Positions 9,197 through 19,019 of a stretch of 64,000 bases of DNA are shown one piece after another. Made by a program: the position numbers and the translations under genes. The first letter of the stretch is position 1, and each line of letters begins with the position of its first letter. The notes beneath the pieces are model-generated. The model saw nothing but the letters and a program-made list of their open reading frames with translations. It did no database searches and was not told where the DNA came from. This DNA is from an uncultured Planctomycetota bacterium (GTDB taxonomy: Bacteria > Planctomycetota > Planctomycetia > Isosphaerales > Isosphaeraceae), in the NCBI GenBank assembly GCA_963737655.1, contig CAVTTN010000002.1:6944001-7008000 (forward strand), in the 5' to 3' direction.

Positions 9197-11464
9197 CTAG
9201 GACTCGCGGGCCATCGGCAGACTGAAGGAGAAGGTGGCGCCTCCGAGGATCTTCCCATCGGCCCAGGTCCGCCCTCCGTGTCGCGAGACGATCCGGCGGA
9301 CGTTGGCCAGGCCGATCCCGGACCCCTCGAAATCCTCCATCCGATGGAGCCTCTGGAAGACGCCGAACAGCTTGTCCGCATAGGCCATGTCGAACCCGAC
9401 TCCGTTGTCGATCACGTGGTAGGCCGCCTCGGCCCCCTGGGCCTCGCCGACGACCCGGATCGTCGGCTCGGCGGCCCGCCTCGTATATTTTATCGCGTTG
9501 GAAAGGAGGTTGCGGACCACCAGGCGGACCATCATCAGGTCGGCCCAGGCCCGGGGCAGGGGGTCGAACCTCCAGGCGATCTCCCGTCCCCCGCGTTCCC
9601 CCTCCAGCTCCTCCCAGACCTCGGCGAACAGCCGGTTCATGTCGATCGAGCCGAAGTTCAGGGCCGTCCGGCCCATCCGGGAGAACATCAGCAGGTGATC
9701 GACGAGGGAGCCGGCGTGCTGGGCCGATTCCAGGATCATGTCCAGGTAGCGTCGACCCTCCTCCGAGACCCCCTCCAGGCCCGTCTCTCGGAGGAGCTCG
9801 GCATAGCCCAGGATGTGGCGGAACGGGGCCCGCAGGTCGTGCGAGACGGAGTAGGAGAACCCTTCCAGCTCCTTGTTGGTCCGTTCCAGCTCGGCGGCCA
9901 GCGCGGCCATCTCCTCGGCTCGCCTCAAGACGATGCCCACGATGGCGTTGCGCAGTTCGATGGCCGCCTCCAGCTCGCTCGACCGCCAGGGCTCGGATTT
10001 CAGCCGGACGGTCTCCTTCCACGCCTCGAACGACTTCCTGGGGTGGATTCGCATCGAGCCGGATTCGGGCTCGGCCGGCTTCCTCGGGTCGCCCCCCCAG
10101 GTCACCGTCTTGACCACCTCGGGCCGGAACCAGAGCAGGTAGCTGCGGTGCAGCTTCGAGATCGAGATCGCCAGCAATCCCGAGGCGATGGCGGAGATCT
10201 CCCGGGCCCGGGGCCACAGCGTCGAGAGGCCGTCGGTGGCGAAGACCTCCTCGCTGCCCTGGGCCGCCAGGACGTCGCAAAGCTCCCGGATCTCCGGCTC
10301 GCTCGGCGTCTGGCCGAAGCGGTGGCATCGGCCCTCATGCACCAACGCCGCCCCCGAGGCCGAGGCATACGCCAGCAATTCCTCCTGCTTCTCGGAGAGC
10401 GACGCCTCGAAATTCGCCCGACCGGTCATCGCCGCCAGCAAGGTCGTGTGGGCGGACCTCAGCCAGAGCCTCCGCTCGTACTCCGCCAGGTGCTCCTTGG
10501 CGCCGAGCTGGAACGCCAGCCCCTGGCCCACCAGGTCGCACGCCGTCCGGACCTCCAGGGGCACGAACCTCGGCTCGGAATGGTGGCACGAGATCAGACC
10601 CCAGAGCTTCCCCTCCCGGATGATCGAGATCGACAGCGACGCCGGCGTTCCCATATTTCTCATGTATTCGAGATGGACGGGCGAGACACTTCTCAGGATC
10701 GCGAACGTCAGATCCAGGGGGCGGCCGGTCCTCGGGTCGGCCTGGGGGACGATCGGGATCGGCTCGTAATCGTCCCGGACGATCAGGCGGACCCGATTGA
10801 GCAGGTAAAGCCGGCGGGCCTGGCTGGGGATGTCGGACGCGGGAAAGCGGAGGCCCAGGTAGGAAGGGAGACGCTCGTTGCGGTCCTCGGCGACCACCGT
10901 CCCGGCCAGGTCCTCGTCGAATCGGTAGACGAGGGTCCGGTCGAACCCGGTCAGGCTCCGGACCTCCTCGGCGGCCACCCGGGTCAGGGCGGCCACCGTG
11001 GAAAGGCCCTCCATCCGGGCGAGGAAGCTGCGGACCATCTGGTACAGGTTGCGGAAGTTCGGATCGCCTGGGGTCGTCGCCCGTTCCAGCTCCAGGATCA
11101 GGGTCCCTCCGTGGCGATGGGCGACGACGTGGTGGGGTTCGTCCGGCCGGGGGCCGTCGGGGAAGGTCGTGGTCAGGATCTGGAGCGGGTTGCCCTCCAG
11201 GGACCGGTCCGCGAGCCTCTCGCGGAGGAGGTCCACCTGATCGTCGTCGAACACGGCGTCCAGCCCGCCGCCGAGGAGCGACTCGGTCGGCCTCCCGAGC
11301 AGCGATTCCACGTTCGCGCTGGCCCGGGTGATCGTCGGTCCGGCCCCCTCGAAGGCGATCAGGACCCCGTGGGGCTGGATCCGCCCGGGAACATGGATCG
11401 GCTCCCGGCCGCAGGCGGAGAGGTCCGGTTCGACGAGGTGCGACGGCGATGCGGACACGTTCAT
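9197..11464 (-). CDS. bphP: Bacteriophytochrome histidine kinase (PAS-GAF-PHY-HisKA-HATPase)
   Basis: N-terminal CGREPIHVPGRIQPHG with the biliverdin-binding Cys, PASDIP, LRSVSPVHLEYM, LWGLISCHH, PHY-tongue PRKSF and H-box SHDLRAP. Confidence 0.95.
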   Translation of the reverse strand: MNVSASPSHLVEPDLSACGREPIHVPGRIQPHGVLIAFEGAGPTITRASANVESLLGRPTESLLGGGLDAVFDDDQVDLLRERLADRSLEGNPLQILTTTFPDGPRPDEPHHVVAHRHGGTLILELERATTPGDPNFRNLYQMVRSFLARMEGLSTVAALTRVAAEEVRSLTGFDRTLVYRFDEDLAGTVVAEDRNERLPSYLGLRFPASDIPSQARRLYLLNRVRLIVRDDYEPIPIVPQADPRTGRPLDLTFAILRSVSPVHLEYMRNMGTPASLSISIIREGKLWGLISCHHSEPRFVPLEVRTACDLVGQGLAFQLGAKEHLAEYERRLWLRSAHTTLLAAMTGRANFEASLSEKQEELLAYASASGAALVHEGRCHRFGQTPSEPEIRELCDVLAAQGSEEVFATDGLSTLWPRAREISAIASGLLAISISKLHRSYLLWFRPEVVKTVTWGGDPRKPAEPESGSMRIHPRKSFEAWKETVRLKSEPWRSSELEAAIELRNAIVGIVLRRAEEMAALAAELERTNKELEGFSYSVSHDLRAPFRHILGYAELLRETGLEGVSEEGRRYLDMILESAQHAGSLVDHLLMFSRMGRTALNFGSIDMNRLFAEVWEELEGERGGREIAWRFDPLPRAWADLMMVRLVVRNLLSNAIKYTRRAAEPTIRVVGEAQGAEAAYHVIDNGVGFDMAYADKLFGVFQRLHRMEDFEGSGIGLANVRRIVSRHGGRTWADGKILGGATFSFSLPMARES

Positions 11465-12091
11465 GAAAACGGCGCCTCCCGGGCGTCTTCGGGGCGATCG
11501 ACGACGGGGCTCGGGAATGGCCCGCTCTCGGCGGACTCCCCTTGCCCCCTGGCTTGTGCGAGGCGGACCTCAATCGTCCAACCTCGTCCAGTTCTCTTCT
11601 TCCGGCGAGCGATCCATCCCGGGCGGAGAGGGCGGGCGGGCTCCCCTTCGACCCGGTCGCTGTCGGGACCGTCGGCTCCGGAACCCCCGGGCCGCGCACC
11701 GGGTCGAGCTTAACAGGGCGACCCCGAGACCGTCAATTTCCTCCCCGGCCCCGGGGATGGTCGCGAGGCCCGGCCGATGAATTCTCGCCACGGACACCCC
11801 GATCATCGCAATCCCCGGACCAGCCCCGCCTCGAAATCGCCATCGCCCCCCCAATCTTGCCCGCCAGCCCCGGACCCTCGTTCGGATCGCGAAGACCCGA
11901 GGCCCGCGAAGTCGATCGGCAAGGGTTCTTCGTGCCGAAAAGACGCCGCGAACACGCCCCGCGCATCGCCGGGAAGCCTTCGACGGGAACCGGGCCGAAG
12001 GGATCGCCAGACCGGGCGTTTCGGCTTAAGAAAGCCGCGCATGCCCGAATGCCTTCGTGAACCTAAGTCCTCATGTCGGGACGATTTTGGC

Positions 12092-13357
12092 TCACGGGGC
12101 GTCCGTCTCGGGTCGGCCGGCTCCGCCGGTTCTGGCGTCGCGATCGTGGAATCCGAGGGCGCGGCGGACTTCTTCGGGGCTGGTCCAGCCTTCTTCGACG
12201 GCGGCTCGGGCCCGGTCCCATCGGGTGACCATCCCGGCGAGGACCGCCTCCTCCTCGATCCGGGACACGTCGGTCCGTTGCAGGATCGCCCGCCCGGTCT
12301 CGCCCCGATCGGGCACGAGGATCTCGGCCAGGACCCGGCGCCCTCGATAGCCCGTCCCCCCGCATTCGTCGCAGCCGACGGCGACCCTCGCCGATCGGAC
12401 GGCCAGGCCGAGGAAGGCCCGGGGGTCGTCGGCGGGTCGGGAGCAGGTCTCGCAGAGGCTCCGGACCAGCCGTTGCGCCACCACGGCGAGCAATCCGCTG
12501 CGGAGCATGTACGGCTCGATCCCCATATCCGAGAGCCGCCCCACGGCCCCGGCCGCGCTCCCGGCGTGGAACGTGGTCAGGACGAGATGGCCGGTCAGGG
12601 ACGCGCCGAACGCCCCTTCGGCCGTCAGCCGATCGCGGATTTCCCCGACCGCGATGACCTCCGGGTCCTGCCTCATCAACGAGCGGAGCCCGGAGGCGAG
12701 GTCGAAGCCCGAGCCGGGGTTCACCTGGGACTGCGCCACGCCGTCCACGGCCGTCTCGATCGGGTCTTCCAGGCTGGCCAGGCTCCGCCTCCCTCGGGTC
12801 GAGGCGACGAGCTCGCGGAGGCACGCGTAAATCGTCGTCGTCTTGCCCGCCCCGGCCGGGCCGGTCAGCAGGATCAGCCCCGAGGTCTCGACCAGGAGCC
12901 TCCTGAGGGCCGATTCCACCTCCGAGGGCAGGCCCAGCTCGCCGAGGATCGCCGCCCGGCCCGACCCGGAGAACAGCCGGATCACCGCCCTCTCGCCGTG
13001 GAGGGTGGGAAACGTGCTCACGCGAACTTCCATCTCGCCGGCCGGGGCCCGCAGCCGCCCTTCCTGGGGCGAGTCGGTCCGATAGGTGAGCAGCTCGGCC
13101 AGCACCTTCAGGCGGGACACCACGTTGGCCGAGACCGGGGGCGGAAGCGTCGCCTCGGCTCGAAGCACGCCATCGACCCGGAACCTCACCAGCAAGCCCG
13201 AGGGATCCGGATGGAGGTGGACGTCGCTCGCGCCCGATCGCCTCGCCTCGGCCAGGATGAGGTCCACGGCGTCGGTGGCGAACCGGGCATTCCTCGGGTC
13301 CATCGACCCGAGCGCCGAGGCGAGCGAGGACCGCGGATCACCTGTCGGGGCGGGCAT
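12092..13357 (-). CDS. GspE/PulE/PilB-family secretion/pilus ATPase
   Basis: ASDVHL, RFRVDG, Walker A GPAGAGKTTT, LEDPIE, MRQDPEVIAVGEIRD, TGHLVLTTFH, zinc CxxC...CxxC, GYRGR. Confidence 0.92.
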   Translation of the reverse strand: MPAPTGDPRSSLASALGSMDPRNARFATDAVDLILAEARRSGASDVHLHPDPSGLLVRFRVDGVLRAEATLPPPVSANVVSRLKVLAELLTYRTDSPQEGRLRAPAGEMEVRVSTFPTLHGERAVIRLFSGSGRAAILGELGLPSEVESALRRLLVETSGLILLTGPAGAGKTTTIYACLRELVASTRGRRSLASLEDPIETAVDGVAQSQVNPGSGFDLASGLRSLMRQDPEVIAVGEIRDRLTAEGAFGASLTGHLVLTTFHAGSAAGAVGRLSDMGIEPYMLRSGLLAVVAQRLVRSLCETCSRPADDPRAFLGLAVRSARVAVGCDECGGTGYRGRRVLAEILVPDRGETGRAILQRTDVSRIEEEAVLAGMVTRWDRARAAVEEGWTSPEEVRRALGFHDRDARTGGAGRPETDAP

Positions 13358-14372
13358 CGTTCGCCTCGTTCGTCGGGGTTCGAAACAGGTCCTCGGCCGA
13401 GCGGATCGCCCCGGCCCTCGCCTCGTCCAGAAACGGCCCGAGAGGCCGGATCACGGTCGTCGATTGCTCCCCGGCGGCCCGTTCCGGGCTGGTCAGCGGA
13501 CGGGTGCTCGTCCGAACGATCCGGGCGCCCTCGACCCGGGGGAGCCGGGCGAGGTTCTCGACGAACGGGCCGAACGTCCCGGCGCGGATCAGGAAGAATT
13601 CCACGTCCGAAACATAGACCATCGCCACGGAAAGCCCCCGGTCGCGGAGCCAGCCGGCGAGTCTTCCCATCGCGCCGGCCCCGGCGAGGTCGCCCACGAG
13701 AGGGACGATTCGATCGTCCCGTTGCATCGCCCGGACGAACCGATACGCCGCCTCCGAGCCGAGGAAATGCCCCGGCCGGGCGATCATCGCGCCGAGGGTG
13801 GGATAGCCCGGCAGCCCCAGGAATCGCGCCGAGAGCCCCGGACCGGCCAGTTTCGCCTGAATCGTGGCGATCTCGGCAAGGTCCGCGTCCTCGGCGACTC
13901 CCAGGGCCCGGACGTAGCGAGCCACTTCCTCCGAGGTCGAATCGAGGATCGCTCGCGAGAACGCCGACCCCGAAAACGCCGACGAGACCGCCCCTCCGCC
14001 TTGCGAAGCGTCCATCGCCCCCGACGGCTCCCGGGCCAGGAGCCTTCGGAGATAGGACGGACGATCGGGGCTCAGCGCCATCAAAGCCTTGTGCATCCAA
14101 TGAACGCAGGCATTGCGTCGCCGATAATCCACCACGAACGCCAGGTCCGCCGCCCCCGCCGCCACCATCGAGAAATTCTGATCGGGCCCGACCCCGAGGA
14201 ACACCCCGCCGCGAGGCCCCTGGCTCGCCAGGCGAACGCACGAACCCGGATACGAATCCTCATTGGAGACCAGGTTCTCCGCCGGAGGCCCGATCTCCGG
14301 GTCCGAAAGGCTTCGGAACAGCGTCCCGAAGGAGACGTCCCGAGACGGAAATATCAGGCCCGAAAGGTCCAT
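13338..14372 (-). CDS. Conserved hypothetical protein (LIC_10091-like family); start uncertain
   Basis: Motifs NLVSNE, FLGVGPDQNF, AFVVDYRRRN, IVPLVGDLAG and YVSDVEFFL, recalled from this family. The upstream part of the 570-aa ORF overlaps the tRNA and is spurious. Confidence 0.6.
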   Translation of the reverse strand: MDLSGLIFPSRDVSFGTLFRSLSDPEIGPPAENLVSNEDSYPGSCVRLASQGPRGGVFLGVGPDQNFSMVAAGAADLAFVVDYRRRNACVHWMHKALMALSPDRPSYLRRLLAREPSGAMDASQGGGAVSSAFSGSAFSRAILDSTSEEVARYVRALGVAEDADLAEIATIQAKLAGPGLSARFLGLPGYPTLGAMIARPGHFLGSEAAYRFVRAMQRDDRIVPLVGDLAGAGAMGRLAGWLRDRGLSVAMVYVSDVEFFLIRAGTFGPFVENLARLPRVEGARIVRTSTRPLTSPERAAGEQSTTVIRPLGPFLDEARAGAIRSAEDLFRTPTNEANDARPDR

Positions 14373-14530
14373 CCCGATCCTCCGGAGACGATCATCGACG
14401 ACCGCCCCGCCCCAGGGCAAGGCCCGAACCGGAGCCGGCTCGAAGAACGCGACTCCGTCCAGACCGACCTTGCCCCGGGACGGCCTTTCCGGTCCAATGG
14501 AAACGCCCGGCCCTCTCACCGGGGCTCGCG

Positions 14531-14615
<85 letters not shown>

Positions 14616-14822
14616 GAGGATTCGAGGCGGATCGGCGGAGGAGACCGCGGAGCGTCGATCATGCTCCTCGCCGCCCCACGATGTGGACCGTCCAGGGATC
14701 GGACCGACCCGAGGTTGAGCGAGGCCGGTCGCGAGCCGGACTGACTCCGACGGCTTCATCCGGCGTGTCGTGTCCGTTCGACGAGGGCCCCGCCCGGCGG
14801 GTCCCGGAGAGGGCGCACCCCG

Positions 14823-15065
14823 ATGGAGACGTATTCCTTCATGAACACCATCGAAGTGACCATCGACGAACCGAGGCCGGGTTGGGCGGTCTTCCGGGTC
14901 CCCCTGTCGGGGTTCCGCAAGAACATGGAGCTCGAACGGCTGCCGGGCCTGCTCGACCGGAGCCTCTCGTTCTGGTTGCAACATCGGCCGACGGCCAGGA
15001 TCCGGGCCGCCCTGCCGATCGTCGAGGACGGCTTCACCACCGCGTTGCACGTCTGGTGGGAGTGA
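14823..15065 (+). CDS. Small hypothetical protein (80 aa)
   Basis: Globular-looking composition (...RAALPIVEDGFTTALHVWWE) with a purine-rich RBS upstream; it fills the gap between the tRNA and a convergent gene. Confidence 0.6.
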   Translation: METYSFMNTIEVTIDEPRPGWAVFRVPLSGFRKNMELERLPGLLDRSLSFWLQHRPTARIRAALPIVEDGFTTALHVWWE

Positions 15066-15101
15066 GCCGAGCCGGCCTCGGCGACCGTGGCCGACGCTCC
15101 C

Positions 15102-15844
15102 TCACCGGGTCGAGACGAGCCTTCGGGCCGCCCGGGCGATCCGACGGAACCGCAGGGCCCTGGACCACGAGCCGTCCAGGAGCTGCGCGAGCTGACGATC
15201 GCCCCTGAGGTAATACGCATCCACCCGCGAAAGCGCGAGCGGATCTTCCCGGTCGTGGGCGAGGGCCAGCCGGGTCGTCAGGCCGGCGGAGAAGGCGTGC
15301 GAGGCGATCGCGCGGACCCTGGCGCCGGATTCTCCGTAGGGATACGCCACCAATCGGCACGGGCGGCCGGCGATGGCCTCCACGGCGTCTCGAGAGCCGA
15401 TCAGTTCGTCGCGGACCCGCGGATCGTCGAGCGTCGCCAGCCGGGGATGGGTCCGCGAGTGGGCCCCGAGCGTGATCCCCAGGGGGAGCAGGTCGCGAAG
15501 CTCCCGTTTCGAGAGCGTCCGCTCGAACGGCACTCCCGAGGGCTGGCCGGGCCACTGGTTGGTCTTCCCGAGGAAGTCCGTGACCGGGAACGCCGTCGCC
15601 TCGAAGCCGAACCTCGCGAGCGTCTCCGCGGCGGTCTTCAGCGATTCCAGGCCGTCGTCGAAGGTGATCGCGAACCCGCGATCGACCCTCGGCGCCCTCC
15701 CTCGATCCATTCCTGGAGATTGACCGATCGGAAGCCGCGCTCTCGCAAGGCCGCCAGACACTCGGCGAACCAGATCGGGTCGGTGGCCGTGGGAGAGCGC
15801 GCCCAGGAGAGCGAATGATAGGTGAGGATCGGCAGGCCGCTCAT
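15102..15844 (-). CDS. Polysaccharide deacetylase (CE4/NodB); split by an apparent 1-nt deletion near 15692
   Basis: PILTYHS lies in one frame; AITFDDG, GAHSRTHP and AYPYG lie in the next. The start overlaps the upstream stop (ATGA). Confidence 0.85.
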
Positions 15845-16947
15845 CGCGACGTCGCCGCCCTTGTCGCGGCTCTTCGGGCGTTCGGCGTGCGGACGATCGG
15901 CGGCGAGAGCGGGACCTCCGAGCCGGAGGCGGCCGAGCGGTACACGGCGTCGATCATCTCCGTGGCCCGGCAGCCGTCCCAGCCCGTGCCGGCCGGCGAG
16001 GGGCCGTCGGCGTCGGAGTGCGCGAACCATTCGAGCTCGGACACCAGCGACGTCTCGCAGCCGAACCGGCGTTGATGGACCTTCTCGAACACCCTCTCGG
16101 CGAGATACCGGCGATCGACCCGGGTCCCATCGACCAGGCGGCCGGAGAGCCGCCACGGCGCCGTCTCGACCTTCAGGTGGCCGCCGCTGCCGCGGATCTC
16201 CAGGGTCAGGTAGCCCGATTCCAGGGTCCAGCTCGAACGGACCTCGGCCACGGCGCGATCGTGGTTGCGGAACAGGGCGAACGCCTCGGACTCGACGCCC
16301 CAGGGCAGGCCCAGGGTGTCGCGGACGTACCCCTCGGCCGCCACCACCTCGCCCAGGAACCGGCGGACGAGGTCGCAGGCATGGGGGCCGTTGTCCATCA
16401 GCGTCCCTCCGCCCGAGACCGCCCGATCGGCGTGCCAGCCGGCCAAAAACGCCGCGGTCGCCCTGTGGCCGATCGTCGCCCGGACGCTCTCCACCCGGCC
16501 GATCGACCACTCCGAGACCAGCTTCAGGGCGTCGTAAACCGGCGGATAGAACCGATGGTTGAACCCCACGGCCAGCCTCACTCCGGCGCGGTCGGCGCGT
16601 TGGGCGAGGTCCCGGGCGTCGTCGGGGTCGATCGACAGCGGCTTCTCGCAGAGCACGGACTTCCCGGCGTCGATCGCCTGGCGGATCGCGTCGTCATGGT
16701 CGGCGTGAGGGGTGGCGACCGCGACGGCGTCGACGCCCGGCATCTCCAGCCCTTCGGCCAGCGAGCCGAACGTCGGGACGCCCAGCCGATCGGCCCGGCG
16801 ATGGGCGGTCGCGTCGTCCGCGTCGCCCACGGCGATCAGGCGGATTCCCCGGGCCCGTTTCGCGGCCGAGGCACGCCTCGAGCCGAATTCCCCGAGGCCG
16901 AGGACCAGGAGGCCGAGGTCGGCCCCGTCGTTCCGAGTCGCGTCCAT
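15841..16947 (-). CDS. Gfo/Idh/MocA-family NAD(P)-dependent oxidoreductase
   Basis: GLGEFG Rossmann motif, VATPHADH, VLCEKP, GFNHRF, GGGTLMDNGPHACD. Confidence 0.92.
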   Translation of the reverse strand: MDATRNDGADLGLLVLGLGEFGSRRASAAKRARGIRLIAVGDADDATAHRRADRLGVPTFGSLAEGLEMPGVDAVAVATPHADHDDAIRQAIDAGKSVLCEKPLSIDPDDARDLAQRADRAGVRLAVGFNHRFYPPVYDALKLVSEWSIGRVESVRATIGHRATAAFLAGWHADRAVSGGGTLMDNGPHACDLVRRFLGEVVAAEGYVRDTLGLPWGVESEAFALFRNHDRAVAEVRSSWTLESGYLTLEIRGSGGHLKVETAPWRLSGRLVDGTRVDRRYLAERVFEKVHQRRFGCETSLVSELEWFAHSDADGPSPAGTGWDGCRATEMIDAVYRSAASGSEVPLSPPIVRTPNARRAATRAATSR

Positions 16948-17016
16948 GCCGGGAGACTCCTTTCGAGCGGTGGGAGGCCGCGAACGAAGAGGGGCGGACG
17001 GGCGATCGGTCGTCGG

Positions 17017-17901
17017 TCAGGCGACTCCTCGCGAGAACGTCCGCGCCCCGGGGCCGAGGAGGCGTCCGGCCGCCTCGCCCATCGACCAGGCGGTCAGGAA
17101 CAGGCTCAAATCGGGGAGCGCGCCGAGCCACGGCCCGATCGGCTCCTCGCGAAGCGACAACGAGCGGGCGATCCTCGCCAGCAAGACCGCCGGGACGGCC
17201 GGGGCCGTCGCCGTCCTCGCCAGGTTCGCCACGAGCGAATCCCCCCGGCCTCGCCACGCGCCGAAGCGGCGGGCATGGGCCACGCGATGGGCGATCGCCC
17301 GGGATCGCGACGCCCCTCCGAGGAACTCCACCAACGCCCCGGGGGCCGAGCCCAGCCGGACTCCCAGGGACCGGAGCGACCGATGCACCTCGATCTCCCA
17401 GAACCCCTCGCGCCACGAGTCGCGGACGGCCTCCAGCGCCGATCGGCGATACAGCGCGTTGTCCCCGGGCGGGTCGAACGTCGAGGAATCGGGCACCGGC
17501 GGGGCGTAGCTCGCGAACCTCATCAAGTACAAGGCCCGATCGACCCGGGACAGGCCCGGGCCGGCCGCGATCGGCCCGCCAACGCCGGCGAGACCTCGCG
17601 ATTGGACCTCCTCGACCAGGCCCGCCAGCCATCCTCGGCGAGGGACCATCTGAGTGGTCGAAAACGCCACGAACTCGGCGACAGACGATTCCAGGCCGAT
17701 CCCCCAGAGCTCGGGCGCCAGCCGATCCGGGCGGCGGATCAAGCGGATTCGCGAATCGTCCGGGACCGAGATCCCGTCGCGAGAGCCGTCGACGACGATC
17801 AAATCGCCGGCGCCCGCCACCTCGGCGGCGAACGCGGAGAGGCTCGCCTCCAGGATCGGGCCGCCCTCCATCGCGGCGAGCACCACGTCGGCCCGGCTCA
17901 T
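17017..17901 (-). CDS. Glycosyltransferase family 2-like protein (divergent)
   Basis: LIVVDGS, GVGGPI and GDNALYRR motifs with C-terminal hydrophobic helices; the DxD position reads STTQ (degenerate). Confidence 0.7.
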   Translation of the reverse strand: MSRADVVLAAMEGGPILEASLSAFAAEVAGAGDLIVVDGSRDGISVPDDSRIRLIRRPDRLAPELWGIGLESSVAEFVAFSTTQMVPRRGWLAGLVEEVQSRGLAGVGGPIAAGPGLSRVDRALYLMRFASYAPPVPDSSTFDPPGDNALYRRSALEAVRDSWREGFWEIEVHRSLRSLGVRLGSAPGALVEFLGGASRSRAIAHRVAHARRFGAWRGRGDSLVANLARTATAPAVPAVLLARIARSLSLREEPIGPWLGALPDLSLFLTAWSMGEAAGRLLGPGARTFSRGVA

Positions 17902-19019
17902 GGGGAGGCCTCCGCCGGTCGCGAGGAACGGATCGGCGCGTGAGGCCCTTTCAGGAGCCGCGGCCAGTGCCTGGCGATCGCGTGGTTCGAATGGGGGACG
18001 AACCGCTTGCGGACCGTCGCGATCGGGTCGCCGAGGATCTCGATCGCCGAGAGGTCGGCCGTGCCGATCCCGGCGGCCTCCGCGTAGGCGATGTGGCCGA
18101 TCGCCAGCGGGTCGAACCCCATGACCGCCGCCATCACCGCGTCGGTCGCCACGGGATCGGTCCCGGCGACGACCACGCCGAGGCGGATCGGCGTCCCGTG
18201 ACGCGGCCCCTCGCGATGCATCCCGACGAATCCGTCAAGGATGCTCACATGAGGCCGGACCCGTCGCGAGAGCGTCGCGAGGTTGCGTTGCAGGGCCTCG
18301 ACCGACCGCAGATAGCCCGCCTCCGCCTTCGTCAGCGAGCCGAACGCCGAGGGCCTCGCCTTCCCCGCCACCGCGTTCCGGAGATTGCGGGCCCGGCCCA
18401 TCGCTCGGGTCAAGACGTTCACGAGCGTCGAATCCCCCTTGAGGAACTCGACGGCATGCCGTTTCCAGCCCGAGTAGCCGTTGCCCCCCCGGCTGCCGTG
18501 CATCATCACGCGGTCCGACGGATGGAGGCTGGAGAGCATGTTTTTCAGGCTGAGCGTCACGATCGACGACACGTGAGTCTTCGCCAGGGCGAGCGACACG
18601 CGGCATCCGGCGTCGGCGATCGTCCGCGAGAGCCTGGCGGTCAGCGGGGAGCCGTCGGAGGCGGCCAGGCCGATCTCGTCCCAGCTCGACTCATCCTTGT
18701 TGAGGTCGAAGAACGAGACGGGGCGGCCGATCGCCTCGCGGACATGGCCGAACCGCTCGAACCCGGCCCTCGCGTCGCTCGCGCCCTCGGCCACGGTCAC
18801 GTGATCGGCGCCGGAGGCGAACAGGGCGTCGAGCGTCGCCGAGAGGGCGTCGGCGTGGGTCGAGGGGAGCTGCCTCTTGTGGCTGACGAGGTTCGGCTTG
18901 AGGACCGTCCTGGTCGTCACCACGGGTTTCAATTCGTCGGCGATCAGGGCGAGCGCCTGGGCGACGGCCCCTCGGCGGTTGTCCGACCGGACGACGGCGA
19001 CTCTCACGGTCCTGTCCAT
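17898..19019 (-). CDS. DUF362 domain-containing protein
   Basis: VLKPN, VAEG, AKTH, TLSLKN, ILDG...EGP and DPVATD motifs; ATG at 19019 (MDRTVRVAVV). Confidence 0.85.
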   Translation of the reverse strand: MDRTVRVAVVRSDNRRGAVAQALALIADELKPVVTTRTVLKPNLVSHKRQLPSTHADALSATLDALFASGADHVTVAEGASDARAGFERFGHVREAIGRPVSFFDLNKDESSWDEIGLAASDGSPLTARLSRTIADAGCRVSLALAKTHVSSIVTLSLKNMLSSLHPSDRVMMHGSRGGNGYSGWKRHAVEFLKGDSTLVNVLTRAMGRARNLRNAVAGKARPSAFGSLTKAEAGYLRSVEALQRNLATLSRRVRPHVSILDGFVGMHREGPRHGTPIRLGVVVAGTDPVATDAVMAAVMGFDPLAIGHIAYAEAAGIGTADLSAIEILGDPIATVRKRFVPHSNHAIARHWPRLLKGPHAPIRSSRPAEASP

